64,000 nucleotides of DNA from an uncultured bacterium (GTDB lineage: Bacteria; Babelota; Babeliae; Babelales; Babelaceae), in the NCBI GenBank assembly GCA_963713855.1, contig OY970209.1:193071-257070 (forward strand), read 5' to 3'. Below the pieces are notes generated by a model that had not been told where the DNA came from, searched no databases, and saw only the letters and a program-made list of their open reading frames with translations. Of this stretch, positions 18,629 to 28,340 are shown one piece after another. Positions within the stretch are counted from its first letter, which is position 1, and every line of letters begins with the position of its first letter. The position numbers and the translations under genes are program-made.

Positions 18629-20404
18629 TCAGAGTTCCACCACAAGAAGCGCATATTTTTTCTTATTGAGACTAGAGAGCCAATCAACAACATTTTGATG
18701 ATTATATTGTTTTGCAATATCAAGAGCTGTTTCGTTATTGCTAGTTTTGGCGTTAACGTCGGCACCATGGGCTACAAGCCATTGAACAACTTCCAGGCTG
18801 CCTCCTGTAGCAGCCAAGTGTATCGGCTGCCTGCCCTTTTCATCTTGAGCAATGACGCTGGCTCCTTGAGCAACAAGCCATCGAACTACTTCTAGCTTGC
18901 CTCCAAAAGCTGCATGGTGTATAGGCTGCCAGCTACTTCCAGCTTGGCCCTTGACGTTAAAGCCAACGCCATGGGCGACGAGCCATTGAACTAATTCTAG
19001 ATGACCCGCTGCTGCTGCTACGTGTATAGGCTGATGGCCTAGATACATTTTAGCGCTGATATCGGCTCCATGATTAACAAGCAATTTAACTACTTCTAAA
19101 TAGCCTCCCATTGCCGCCCAGTGTATAGGCTGGCTATCATCACGCCAACGAGCGTTGACGTCGGCTCCACGACTCAAAAGCCATTGAACGAGTACTAGAT
19201 AGCCTCCGCGAGCTGCCGCATGTATTGGATGCCAGCCATGTTCATTTTGAGCATTGACATCAACACCGTGGTCAACAAACCATTCAACTAGCTCTAGATG
19301 GTTCCCCGCTGCTGCCTCGTGTATAGCCAGCCAGCCATCTCTACCCCCAGCGTTAACATCGGCTCCATGGGAAACGAGCCATTCAATTACCGTTAAGTTA
19401 CCTCTTGAAGCCGCAGTATGAATAGGCCGTTCGCCATACTTTTGTGATGCGTTAACGTCAGCACCTCGCTCAACAAGCCATTGAATTACTTTTACATGGC
19501 CGCAACGAGCTGCCTCGTGTATAGGCTGTTCGCCATATTTATCTTGAGCATCGACGCTGACTCCATGATTCACAAGCCATCGTAGGTGAGCTAAATTTCC
19601 TGAGCGCGCTGCATCAAAAATGGTTATACCTGGGGGCGGTTTTTCCCCTTCTTCCCTTTTAGTCTCGTCTTCTTCTTGTCTAGTAACTCTCGTTTTTTTT
19701 TCTTCCTGAATCCATGGAGTCAATGCAGGCATGTCCAAGTGAAGAATGAGGGAATCTAGATGGGACGAGACATCATCTTGCTTCCTTCTTTCTTTTGAAA
19801 CAGCTGGGTTTCTACTATTACGGGCATTAACATTAGCACCATCTTGGGCAGTCTTGGTAAGTTTTTCTGAAGGCGCCATCGTAGGCCTACACCACAAACG
19901 CTCAGCTATCCCCATTCCTCTACTTGGCATTTGTATAGCCGGTCTATTCAATCCTCTAGGTTCAGTATTATTTCTTAAAGAAATTGACTGTAACAATTCT
20001 GCTGTGGCATCTACATGGCATTCCTCCAAGAAAAACGCCTGCACTTTTTCCTTGCGCTCTTCTAGAGCCAACATAAATGCTGTTCTGCCATCACCTGTTC
20101 TAGCGTTTAGGTCAGCTCCATGTTCTAGCAGTATTTCTACAATTACTGGGTCATTGGTCATTACTCCATGATGTATCGCTTGCCATCCCTGGTCATCGGT
20201 CACTGATAGATCTATTTCCGATTGACTGAGAAGCCTCATAAGTTTTACTATCTCTCCACTTTGTATATAGCCAATAAGGTCTCTTATCTGTGCTTTTTCT
20301 TGATGCTCCATACAGTTGGTTGAGATAACAAAGCAACTGAAAAAGGCGATTAATACTTTATATCTCTTTCCCACGCTTTTTCTCCCTTTAGTTCTTTCGC
20401 TCAA
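18629..20404 (-). CDS. Ankyrin-repeat protein with N-terminal signal/TM (eukaryote-like effector candidate)
   Basis: 591 aa. Two blocks of canonical 33-aa ankyrin repeats (G.QPIH.AA..GHLEVV.WLV..GADVNA), about 12 repeats, separated by a basic/acidic linker. Confidence 0.85.
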   Translation of the reverse strand: MSERTKGRKSVGKRYKVLIAFFSCFVISTNCMEHQEKAQIRDLIGYIQSGEIVKLMRLLSQSEIDLSVTDDQGWQAIHHGVMTNDPVIVEILLEHGADLNARTGDGRTAFMLALEERKEKVQAFFLEECHVDATAELLQSISLRNNTEPRGLNRPAIQMPSRGMGIAERLWCRPTMAPSEKLTKTAQDGANVNARNSRNPAVSKERRKQDDVSSHLDSLILHLDMPALTPWIQEEKKTRVTRQEEDETKREEGEKPPPGITIFDAARSGNLAHLRWLVNHGVSVDAQDKYGEQPIHEAARCGHVKVIQWLVERGADVNASQKYGERPIHTAASRGNLTVIEWLVSHGADVNAGGRDGWLAIHEAAAGNHLELVEWFVDHGVDVNAQNEHGWHPIHAAARGGYLVLVQWLLSRGADVNARWRDDSQPIHWAAMGGYLEVVKLLVNHGADISAKMYLGHQPIHVAAAAGHLELVQWLVAHGVGFNVKGQAGSSWQPIHHAAFGGKLEVVRWLVAQGASVIAQDEKGRQPIHLAATGGSLEVVQWLVAHGADVNAKTSNNETALDIAKQYNHQNVVDWLSSLNKKKYALLVVEL

Positions 20405-20743
20405 CGTACCAATAATTTCTCATTTCTCAAAATGTATGTTACTTATCAACGGTCGTTACGAACAGCGCTATCACCAAACCCCAGCGCTAACCAATTCAGT
20501 ACTTTCAATTTGAGAAAGACTCGGTTTTCCGGACTGATTTTCTTTTGATAACTAAGATATTCTGCAAACTTATGTAGTGGCTCATGTTTACCAATATAAG
20601 CTATTCTTGTATTTTTTATGAACCCGCTCTAAGATGGCGGTGTCTTGCATCTTGAGTTTATACGGCGATTAGTATGTGTCAAAATTATCTGCATTATTAG
20701 ATAGCTTAGGTAGAGATGCAGCGAATAATAGAAGGAGCTTTTC

Positions 20744-22732
20744 ATGGTGAAATACGGCCATCACATAGGCTTTATTATGTTAGCCAGTTTGACAATGCAC
20801 CTATCAGGTAAACGGGTGTTGCCTCAGTTTACGGGAACATGGTACGACCAAGCAGCGTTAGCAAAGTACGATGCCTGTGGTATTGCTTATTGGAATTATG
20901 TCCATCAAGCTAATGATAAAAATGTCATACTTGCTGCGCTCTTTCAAGCACTACCTATGTCTGCGCAATGCATTTGGAATACTCCCTATGAAGTTAATGC
21001 TGGGGTAAAAATGCCTACAACATTTCCTGGCAATTTCCCTGATTATAGCCAAATTATAAAGGACCCAGCTCAGCCAAGGGTTCAAACCTCACGCTCGGAT
21101 TGTATAAATGTTAAGACAAAGGCGATCGATAAGTATGCTTTTCTTGAGGTACAGCCGTCATATAGCTGTCCCAAGGATTCGGTGCATACCGGCGGTTTTT
21201 GTGCGGCAAACAGCATTTGTACCGCCGACGTGGTCGGTAGGGATTTGAACTATAAAGGTCTAGGTTGGTTAGGTCACATAGCTCTCGGCTTTCCATCAGG
21301 AAACGGAGATGAACAGAACGCTCAGGTACTTGAAGTTCTTAACCAACATCGCGTCATCAATTTTAATTCTCTCGGCTCGTTTAAAACAATAAGTCCTTAT
21401 TGGGGAGCTGTTTATGGCCTTGACGATTCTGGCTTTGTTGATCCTGTCAAAGCTAATAGTGTTATTAAAGCCGGCGTCGATCAAATGCAATTTGAGCCTG
21501 AGTATACCATGACAGCGCAGTGGCAAGCAGGGCACTATAGTCCACAACTTTTCTATGATCGAGTTCAGAATAAGTTTATTACTGAATCAGCCATAGTGCG
21601 AGGAATTTTCCGCTGTGATACTTTTGTCAACTATTGCTATAAAGTTGGGTTTGGAGTTCAATTACCTAAACCTGATAGATTCCTCGACGTATTACCTCGA
21701 TCAACATTTAATAGTTTCTCGTTTAAGCACGAGACCGCAAGCATGCTTACTGAAGGACGCATAGTAGCAGCTGAAGATTCTATAACCGCAGAATCTCGTG
21801 CTTCTAATCACACAGCTCGCTTCATATGGCAGTCTGCTCAGCAAGCTGATACTTACACTTTCTTAAATGCTATGGACGTTCTCAGTACTTTGGCTTCACA
21901 CGAGCTCATTCCGGATCTGATCCAAACTTTCAAAACTGAAAGAAACGCCGAAAAACGAAAGAAGTTGGTAACTGCCATCGTAAAATCTGCGCATGCCCTC
22001 AGCCAAGAAGGCACTATACACAATACCCAAAAGATAGAGGCTATTGTTGATGCTCAAGATTTTGTTTTGAAAGTGCTAGAAACTGAGTCAGATTTTTCAG
22101 TACTAGGTCATACCATATATCACACTTTAAGTATTTTGCCTAAGGATTGGGTACACTACGAGCTGATCTCTCACGCAATGAGTAGATTACAAGAACATCC
22201 GGTGATGGAGCATCGCTTGAGTAACGAAAAGAAATTTTTGATCTTACTCTCAATAGCTTTAGCCAACGATACTATGCAAACACGATTATTGCCAACGCTT
22301 CTGTTATCGGCCAAAAGCGATGACGAAAAAATAGCTTTTGACACGCAGCTTCTATTTATCCTCAGGCATCTTTTACCATCGACTATAGCGCCGCACGCTC
22401 AGGCTATGCTTGGCGACTATCTCAATGGAACAAATACCATGAACACTGTCGATCGTACTTTTGCTCTTGCTACTATTTACGGCGAGACCGGCGAGCTTCG
22501 TGAAAAAGAGTTAGCCCGTCTTATTGTTCACACATCGGATTCACAAGAGCAAGCTGAGCTTATCAATCACCTCGACTTAGGAGTTTTTTCTCATATCTCT
22601 AAGACTGATCAAAAGCTTCTTTATAAAAATTGCCATGACGGCTTTGTGCAAGCGTATAATACCGACAAAGAATATCTTTTCGGAACCGCAATGATGAAGT
22701 TGCATAAGGCAGGAGAGCTTTATCATTCTTAG
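20744..22732 (+). CDS. Large hypothetical protein with candidate LRAT/H-rev107-like (permuted NlpC/P60) domain
   Basis: 662 aa. LGWLGHIALGF (His motif), then about 100 aa later GIFRCDTFVNYCYKVGFG, resembling the NCEHFV..C.YG Cys motif of LRAT-family acyltransferases/phospholipases. Confidence 0.3.
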   Translation: MVKYGHHIGFIMLASLTMHLSGKRVLPQFTGTWYDQAALAKYDACGIAYWNYVHQANDKNVILAALFQALPMSAQCIWNTPYEVNAGVKMPTTFPGNFPDYSQIIKDPAQPRVQTSRSDCINVKTKAIDKYAFLEVQPSYSCPKDSVHTGGFCAANSICTADVVGRDLNYKGLGWLGHIALGFPSGNGDEQNAQVLEVLNQHRVINFNSLGSFKTISPYWGAVYGLDDSGFVDPVKANSVIKAGVDQMQFEPEYTMTAQWQAGHYSPQLFYDRVQNKFITESAIVRGIFRCDTFVNYCYKVGFGVQLPKPDRFLDVLPRSTFNSFSFKHETASMLTEGRIVAAEDSITAESRASNHTARFIWQSAQQADTYTFLNAMDVLSTLASHELIPDLIQTFKTERNAEKRKKLVTAIVKSAHALSQEGTIHNTQKIEAIVDAQDFVLKVLETESDFSVLGHTIYHTLSILPKDWVHYELISHAMSRLQEHPVMEHRLSNEKKFLILLSIALANDTMQTRLLPTLLLSAKSDDEKIAFDTQLLFILRHLLPSTIAPHAQAMLGDYLNGTNTMNTVDRTFALATIYGETGELREKELARLIVHTSDSQEQAELINHLDLGVFSHISKTDQKLLYKNCHDGFVQAYNTDKEYLFGTAMMKLHKAGELYHS

Positions 22733-22777
22733 AAGCCTGAGGACCACCGAAGAAGATGGGGCGATCATCGCTGACAC

Positions 22778-23271
22778 TTGGTCGCCCCTAAAATCCCAAC
22801 GTTTCTTGAAGGTAGAGCCAAATACTATAAGAATTTCAGTAAACGGTTGATTAAATCACCAAAGTTATTCTTTTATGATACTGGTCTAGCCTCCGATTTA
22901 CTTGATATTGAAAAGCAACTTAATTCCCACTACTTAAGGGGTGGACTTTTTGAGTCTTTCGTTATCTCTGAGCTTTATAAAAGCTTCTATAATGCTGACA
23001 AGGTTCCTCACTTTTATTTTTGGCAAGAGCACGAGGTTGACTATATTATTGAAAGAGGGCAAGACTTATTCCCTTTGGAAATAAAAGCTGGATTAACAAT
23101 TACCCCTGATTATTTTAAAGGGCTTAACTATTGGAATAATCTCAGAGATGAATCCCAATAAAGGATTTGTAGTGTATGGAGGAACTCAAGATTTATTTAG
23201 GTCGCTAGGTAATATAATGAGCTGGCGTAATATTTCAAATATTTTGGCAAGAACAAAAGACGAATCCTGAA
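22778..23271 (+). pseudogene. Remnant of a DUF4143 AAA+ ATPase gene (C-terminal third only, with an internal frameshift near 23160)
   Basis: 22778-23161 translates to SPKLFFYDTGLASDLL...FYFWQEHEVDYIIE...LEIKAGLTITPDYFKGL, homologous to the C-terminal domain of the 14919-16130 protein. A different frame from 23164 continues GFVVYGGTQDLFRSLGNIMSW..., matching that protein's last 35 aa. No Walker A half upstream. Confidence 0.7.
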
Positions 23272-23318
23272 TACGTTTTTACCTGAAAGGTCCTTGGCTA
23301 AAGTTCTCGATGGAAAAA

Positions 23319-24074
23319 TTAAACCGAAGTGGCATTAATAAGAAATAAAGGATGCCAACGTGTATACAGCTCGTCTATCTCAGCCTTGTCTCCTGGCAAC
23401 ACTGAGAAAAAAAGCCGCTCTGTATGAATTGGAGGCTCCGAATGGATAGCTGAAGCATGCTCATCGCCAACTATAAAAAAAGCACCAAAACCTCGGTTCG
23501 GAGATTCAGCCTTAGTGCCATCTAAAAGCTTGTTGAGTGCAATTTGATTTCGCTCGTTTACAATGAATGTTTCTCTTAATTCCTCAGGTAATCTATAAAA
23601 GAGAGTTTGTGGACCTTTTAAAGCCGCGACAAATTTGACGGGAAATCCAGAATAAAGAGGATAGTAGTATCCATCTACATGCCAACGGGGTTGATCAAAA
23701 GCAGGGCTAGGTACGAAAGAGCGGACACATACCCATGCCGTTTCTTTACCACACGCTTTTGCAACTTTTAGAGCTGTCTCGAGTATTATTTCGGTAACCG
23801 TTTGTATGGCGCGCTCATCATCATTACCTATGGCACGTAAAAACGCTGGCAACTCATGCTTAAGGACATTTAAATCACCAAACCGGTCATAGCTTTTTTG
23901 AGCATCAACTTTTAATGTGCGATCGATAAAAGAAAGCACATGAGCAGGTATTTCAAGATCAACATATACAAAGCCGTTGCTTGCATTCAGGTTTTGAGGC
24001 CCAGAAATCAGTTGGATATTCTGAGCACCAAGAAAAAAAGAAAATGAGCAGATAAAGACCAATTTATTAAACAT
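23319..24074 (-). CDS. Hypothetical secreted protein
   Basis: The ORF extends to 24146, but Met25 (24074) gives signal peptide MFNKLVFICSFSFFLGAQN and avoids overlap with the downstream gene. No recognisable domain. Confidence 0.5.
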   Translation of the reverse strand: MFNKLVFICSFSFFLGAQNIQLISGPQNLNASNGFVYVDLEIPAHVLSFIDRTLKVDAQKSYDRFGDLNVLKHELPAFLRAIGNDDERAIQTVTEIILETALKVAKACGKETAWVCVRSFVPSPAFDQPRWHVDGYYYPLYSGFPVKFVAALKGPQTLFYRLPEELRETFIVNERNQIALNKLLDGTKAESPNRGFGAFFIVGDEHASAIHSEPPIHTERLFFSVLPGDKAEIDELYTRWHPLFLINATSV

Positions 24075-24105
24075 AGCTCCCTCAATGTATTCTAAAGCAA
24101 GTTCT

Positions 24106-25293
24106 TTACGCTGATTCACCATCGTCAAATATATCAAAAGTATCAAAGATGCTTTCGTGTTTCCATGTCGGGCTCCAGTTGTGTCTAATAAAGCTTTGAA
24201 TGGAGACGATAGAGTTATAAAAATTGTCAGAGTAACTCAAAGACTCACTTAAATACTCATGTGCGGTCTTTATGCGAACTTTGATAGAATTTTTCCCACA
24301 AAGAATATAAGCGCGAAGACCGCTATAAAACGGATGATTATTGATCTGTTGCAAAAGAATAGGCGCAAGAACGACCACGGGCAACTCAAGCATCTCATGT
24401 AACGCGTTTTCCTGAAGCGCGAATAAATTGTAATGATTAACCGCTTGACCATTCTTATTAACCCATATGCCAACATCTGCACGCTGAAGCTTTGGATTTT
24501 CGTGCTTAAACGTTCTCAAATCGATAATTTCCGACATGTCTGCATAACTTTGACCTTGTGTCGTAACCGAGTCAAGCGTCTGAATCGAGTCACCTTCAGG
24601 TGAACGAAAGAGGATGATCGATTTAAACATGGGCGACAGAATCGAATCAATCATTTCGACTTGTATGGGGGTACCATATAAACAGAGCTGATCTATCAAA
24701 AGATGGCGTTTATAATGCTCTTCAGCCCTCATAATGCCAAGCGCCACGTTACCTCCATGACTATAAGCATTGATTCTTAAAAGAGGCTTAACGCCATATT
24801 TTTTTTCATATTCGTCTACCCAGTCTGCTAGAGCCAGATAGAGCTTAAAACTCTCTTCCATGCGATTAAAGGAGTCAAGCATGCCTGACCAGCCAAAAAG
24901 AGCATAATAATCTTTCTCCGAAGCAAAACCTGAAACACGTGCAAGTTCATCATAACCTGCCAGCATGTAGTAGGCCCCAAAACGAGAACGTTCTCGTGAA
25001 AGGTTTCCCTTACGAGCAGCTTCAATAAGCGAAGTAGGAACTTCTCGAAAACCAGGACTCAACATCATATTTTGCTGATAGGTATCAGGGTCATTTCTAT
25101 CACGTAAGAGGAGCGTTTCATAGTTTCCGCCCTTTTTTGCGCGCCCATCCCCCCAAAACCATTTCGTATCCACAAACGCTAAACCTGGTTTTACAGTGCC
25201 GTGTATAAAAACGGTCAGCGTTGGTGTAGCCTCAATAAAGCCTGAAGATATGAGAATATACAGAATGAAAAATGGTATTTTTTTTAAAAACAT
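24106..25293 (-). CDS. Secreted lipase/esterase-like alpha/beta hydrolase (paralog of 32684-33604)
   Basis: 395 aa. Signal peptide, and shared motif INAYSHGGNVALG (nucleophile-elbow-like). Paralog elsewhere in the window has VLAYSHGGNVALS. Confidence 0.55.
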   Translation of the reverse strand: MFLKKIPFFILYILISSGFIEATPTLTVFIHGTVKPGLAFVDTKWFWGDGRAKKGGNYETLLLRDRNDPDTYQQNMMLSPGFREVPTSLIEAARKGNLSRERSRFGAYYMLAGYDELARVSGFASEKDYYALFGWSGMLDSFNRMEESFKLYLALADWVDEYEKKYGVKPLLRINAYSHGGNVALGIMRAEEHYKRHLLIDQLCLYGTPIQVEMIDSILSPMFKSIILFRSPEGDSIQTLDSVTTQGQSYADMSEIIDLRTFKHENPKLQRADVGIWVNKNGQAVNHYNLFALQENALHEMLELPVVVLAPILLQQINNHPFYSGLRAYILCGKNSIKVRIKTAHEYLSESLSYSDNFYNSIVSIQSFIRHNWSPTWKHESIFDTFDIFDDGESA

Positions 25294-25360
25294 GTCTTAT
25301 CCTCCTTAACATTATTGAGTATAAAGACTTGCGCAAGGATGTCGAGCCTAAATAGGAGGA

Positions 25361-26281
25361 TTATAACTCCTTTTGGCCTTTACAATAGGCAGAAAATACC
25401 TCATCAATGACGCGTGGGCGAGGATTTTCCTTACAAAGCTCGTCTATGAGCCCAAGCGTCTCTTGATCCAGTCGTTTATCAGCTTCTGTTAACTGGCGAT
25501 ATATGGCCCTAACAGTATTGTTTATCGCTGATAAATCTCTATCAAAGGCAATTTGGTACATATAACGACGCACACGAGGATATAAAAAATAGCAGGCAAC
25601 AGCACTATGTACCATACCAGCCACTATTAAAACCGCTGGTGCTATCTCGTGTCTAGAAATATTCACATGCCCAAAAGTACCCACGACAGCAACTAATTCT
25701 GCTGCACCAGCGAGAAATACTAATAAGTGGCATAATATATAGGGCAGGATCCATGCTGGACCCTCGGCCTCGTATCTCCTGCTTAATTGGATAAGGTGAT
25801 ATAACAGGGTATGTTGAGGTAACACAGCATCCCACTCTTCTTCTTGAGCCGCATTTGCTGGTGGAAGTAATCGATAGCGATATTCGCGTATCAAGTAATG
25901 TGATGGATCTAGTCCAGATTCTCGCATTTCTTTCATTATTTTCTGAGCCAAACTCAAACCTTGTAAAATCGTAATTTGTGCGGCTGGATTGGCAAAAAAT
26001 TTCCTGAGCGCGCTAATATCAGCCTCCCTATGCAAATTAAAAATCTGCTCTAACTCAATTCGACGTAGGTGGGCCAGCTGGGTTTCAGAAAGTCCTGTTG
26101 CCCATTGTTGGCTCAGTGCTCCTATAGGAACTGATTGATCGGTAACTCGTGGCAGCGAAGTTGAAGGTGGTTCCCATTGTCTTCTTGAACCTGATTCATC
26201 CTCTTCCATCCCATAACTTATAAAAGAAGATTGCAAGCTAAAAAAAATAAAGGCAAAGGCTACTATCTTAGACACATTCAT
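25361..26281 (-). CDS. Inc-like membrane protein, paralog family A copy 1
   Basis: 306 aa. N-terminal hydrophobic leader, shared WEPPSTSL motif, bilobed hydrophobic domain (LLVFLAGAAELVAVVGTFGHV...APAVLIVAGMVHSAVACYFLY), and C-terminal tail similar to the adjacent copy. Confidence 0.5.
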   Translation of the reverse strand: MNVSKIVAFAFIFFSLQSSFISYGMEEDESGSRRQWEPPSTSLPRVTDQSVPIGALSQQWATGLSETQLAHLRRIELEQIFNLHREADISALRKFFANPAAQITILQGLSLAQKIMKEMRESGLDPSHYLIREYRYRLLPPANAAQEEEWDAVLPQHTLLYHLIQLSRRYEAEGPAWILPYILCHLLVFLAGAAELVAVVGTFGHVNISRHEIAPAVLIVAGMVHSAVACYFLYPRVRRYMYQIAFDRDLSAINNTVRAIYRQLTEADKRLDQETLGLIDELCKENPRPRVIDEVFSAYCKGQKEL

Positions 26282-26335
26282 ACAATACTCCTTAAAAACA
26301 CATTTTTTTTCTTAAAATATATCAATGCGTTGTCG

Positions 26336-27118
26336 TCATAGATTGCATTTTTCGTCTTTACAAAACACCCCAAAAACCTCAGTTAATAAACGCGAGTTGC
26401 GGTTTTGAGCATAAAGACTTTTAATAAGCCTGATTGTCTCTTCGTCTATCTCTATATTTGAAGCTTCCATGTAACTATACAACCTTTCTATCACACCATT
26501 TATCGAGGCTAACTCTTTTTTAAAAATTGATATTGAAAAAAGGGAAACCAAATAGGGGTATAGGTAATACCCCAACACTATCGCGCTAAAGAGTGCGCCT
26601 ATTGTAAGCGGTTTGTTATTCGTTAATAACCGTGTAATGATAGGCAGCAATGCTGAGATAACAAATGTTGCAAGGAATAAAGGAATACTACCGGGCCCTC
26701 TTTGCTCATATCGCGCACTTAACCGAACGAGATGAAATAAAATCGTATGTCCATATACTTGTTTCCATTCCTGTAGTAGGTATCGTGATGGATCTAGCTT
26801 ATATTCCCTGAGTTCGCGTATTAGATGTTCTATCGCATTTAGATTTTTTTCGATATTTTTAGAGCCCCAGTGAGTAAAAAATCGTCGTACCTGCTCAATA
26901 ACCCGCGCATTCCTTCGATTAAAAGAAGCTTCTGCTTCTTCTCTATCTCCATAGTCTCGAATACCTTCATTACCCTGTGTATGTCGTTGACGTAATTCTT
27001 CAAGAGAAGTTGAAGGAGGAGTCCAGACCTGCCTTGGCACCTGATCACCTCCATCATTCATTCCACAGGCTGAACTATAAAAAAGAAATACTGCGCTTAA
27101 GCATAGAAACCTGTTCAT
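26336..27118 (-). CDS. Inc-like membrane protein, paralog family A copy 2
   Basis: 260 aa. WTPPSTSL, LFHLVRLSARYEQRGP (vs LYHLIQLSRRYEAEGP), bilobed hydrophobic domain, and C-terminal ...LTEVFGVFCKDEKCNL (vs ...IDEVFSAYCKGQKEL). Confidence 0.5.
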   Translation of the reverse strand: MNRFLCLSAVFLFYSSACGMNDGGDQVPRQVWTPPSTSLEELRQRHTQGNEGIRDYGDREEAEASFNRRNARVIEQVRRFFTHWGSKNIEKNLNAIEHLIRELREYKLDPSRYLLQEWKQVYGHTILFHLVRLSARYEQRGPGSIPLFLATFVISALLPIITRLLTNNKPLTIGALFSAIVLGYYLYPYLVSLFSISIFKKELASINGVIERLYSYMEASNIEIDEETIRLIKSLYAQNRNSRLLTEVFGVFCKDEKCNL

Positions 27119-27131
27119 ATACGGTGCCTTT

Positions 27132-28340
27132 TTAGATAATTATAGTAGAAGTATCGTCACGCAGCCTTTCACGATCTTGGCTAGGTTGTGTTTCTTCCAA
27201 AGCTTTTTTTGTGGCCTTCAAGGGAAGACCTTTTATAACACACTCTTTAGTTATCTGTGTAACTGCAGGCACTTTTTGGTCATATCCGCACTCCAAGCCT
27301 GAATCATAAGAAATTGTATACCCTTCGCGCATAAGCATATTTACGATGTTGCTTGTGTGAGCATAGCCTGCTAAAACGTAATAAAAAGCCCCATCACTCT
27401 TCAAAAGCCCCTTTATAAATGCAAGATCTATTATTAAAAGAGTATCTCGAAACTCTCGATTAAGTTTTTTTATAAGGCCATCAAGAAGTGTAATGGTAGC
27501 AACATCAAAATCACGATAAATGCTCAAAACAAAAGTCATATATGTCGTTGTAAAATCCGCTTTTGGGTCAAAACCAAGATAACGTTGCAGATCAATCCAT
27601 GCCGCTTTGTAGTCTTCCATCGAAGAGATGAAAGCATCAGTAATGCGCACATTTTCTTTATTTTCAAAAAGAGTCAAACAGCCTCGAGCTGTCTCGATCC
27701 ATCCATCAATAGCTGCAAGCACCGTACTAAACACCTTCTCAACCGTTAAACCATGACGCACGCCCGTACGTTTACAAGCCGCCAAATCTCTTTCGCTTAA
27801 AAAAAGATAGTTACTCATATTTTGAAGGTCAAAAAGGGTCGCAAGATTAACGATAATAGCACGATCGTCTGGAAAAAGAGCACGATTATCACCTTGAAGG
27901 CTTTCAGCAAGTACCTCTAAGGTATTAGTATCGTCATTAGCAAGAAATTGTTTCTTAATTATTAAAGCAGCGTTTTTGCATTCGTTTTTATCACTTTTGT
28001 TAAGCAAGCAACTGCAATACTTATCAGCAGCCGTCAGTTCTGCAGTTTTATCATAATAAGGATAGTGCGCTTCGATAAAAGCGCATGCGCTATCTTGTAA
28101 GCAGTTTTTATCAAAACTCTTAAGAAGTAATTCTGTTTCTTTTAAAGCTTTTTGCGCCAAGGGCTCTTGCTTATTCGCATCAGGAATCTCATGACGAAAT
28201 GCGTGTTTTACACCAATGAAAACTATCTTTTCAGGACCTTTCAACGCGGAGTCCTTTTTTAATGCTACCAAGTTTGTAATATCCGCGTTTAACAAAGAAA
28301 AAGGGATCAGGAAGATAAGCGCAACGATAAATCTGCCCAT
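27132..28340 (-). CDS. Secreted hypothetical protein, paralog family B copy 1
   Basis: 402 aa. Signal peptide; N-terminal VALKKDSALKG and C-terminal AGYAHTSNIVNMLMREGYTISYDSG conserved with the 40309-41496 protein. Confidence 0.5.
   Translation of the reverse strand: MGRFIVALIFLIPFSLLNADITNLVALKKDSALKGPEKIVFIGVKHAFRHEIPDANKQEPLAQKALKETELLLKSFDKNCLQDSACAFIEAHYPYYDKTAELTAADKYCSCLLNKSDKNECKNAALIIKKQFLANDDTNTLEVLAESLQGDNRALFPDDRAIIVNLATLFDLQNMSNYLFLSERDLAACKRTGVRHGLTVEKVFSTVLAAIDGWIETARGCLTLFENKENVRITDAFISSMEDYKAAWIDLQRYLGFDPKADFTTTYMTFVLSIYRDFDVATITLLDGLIKKLNREFRDTLLIIDLAFIKGLLKSDGAFYYVLAGYAHTSNIVNMLMREGYTISYDSGLECGYDQKVPAVTQITKECVIKGLPLKATKKALEETQPSQDRERLRDDTSTIII

Noticed and set aside
19746-20171. 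141-aa plus-strand ORF
   Set aside because: Antisense to the ankyrin-repeat gene. Ankyrin repeats commonly leave open antisense frames.
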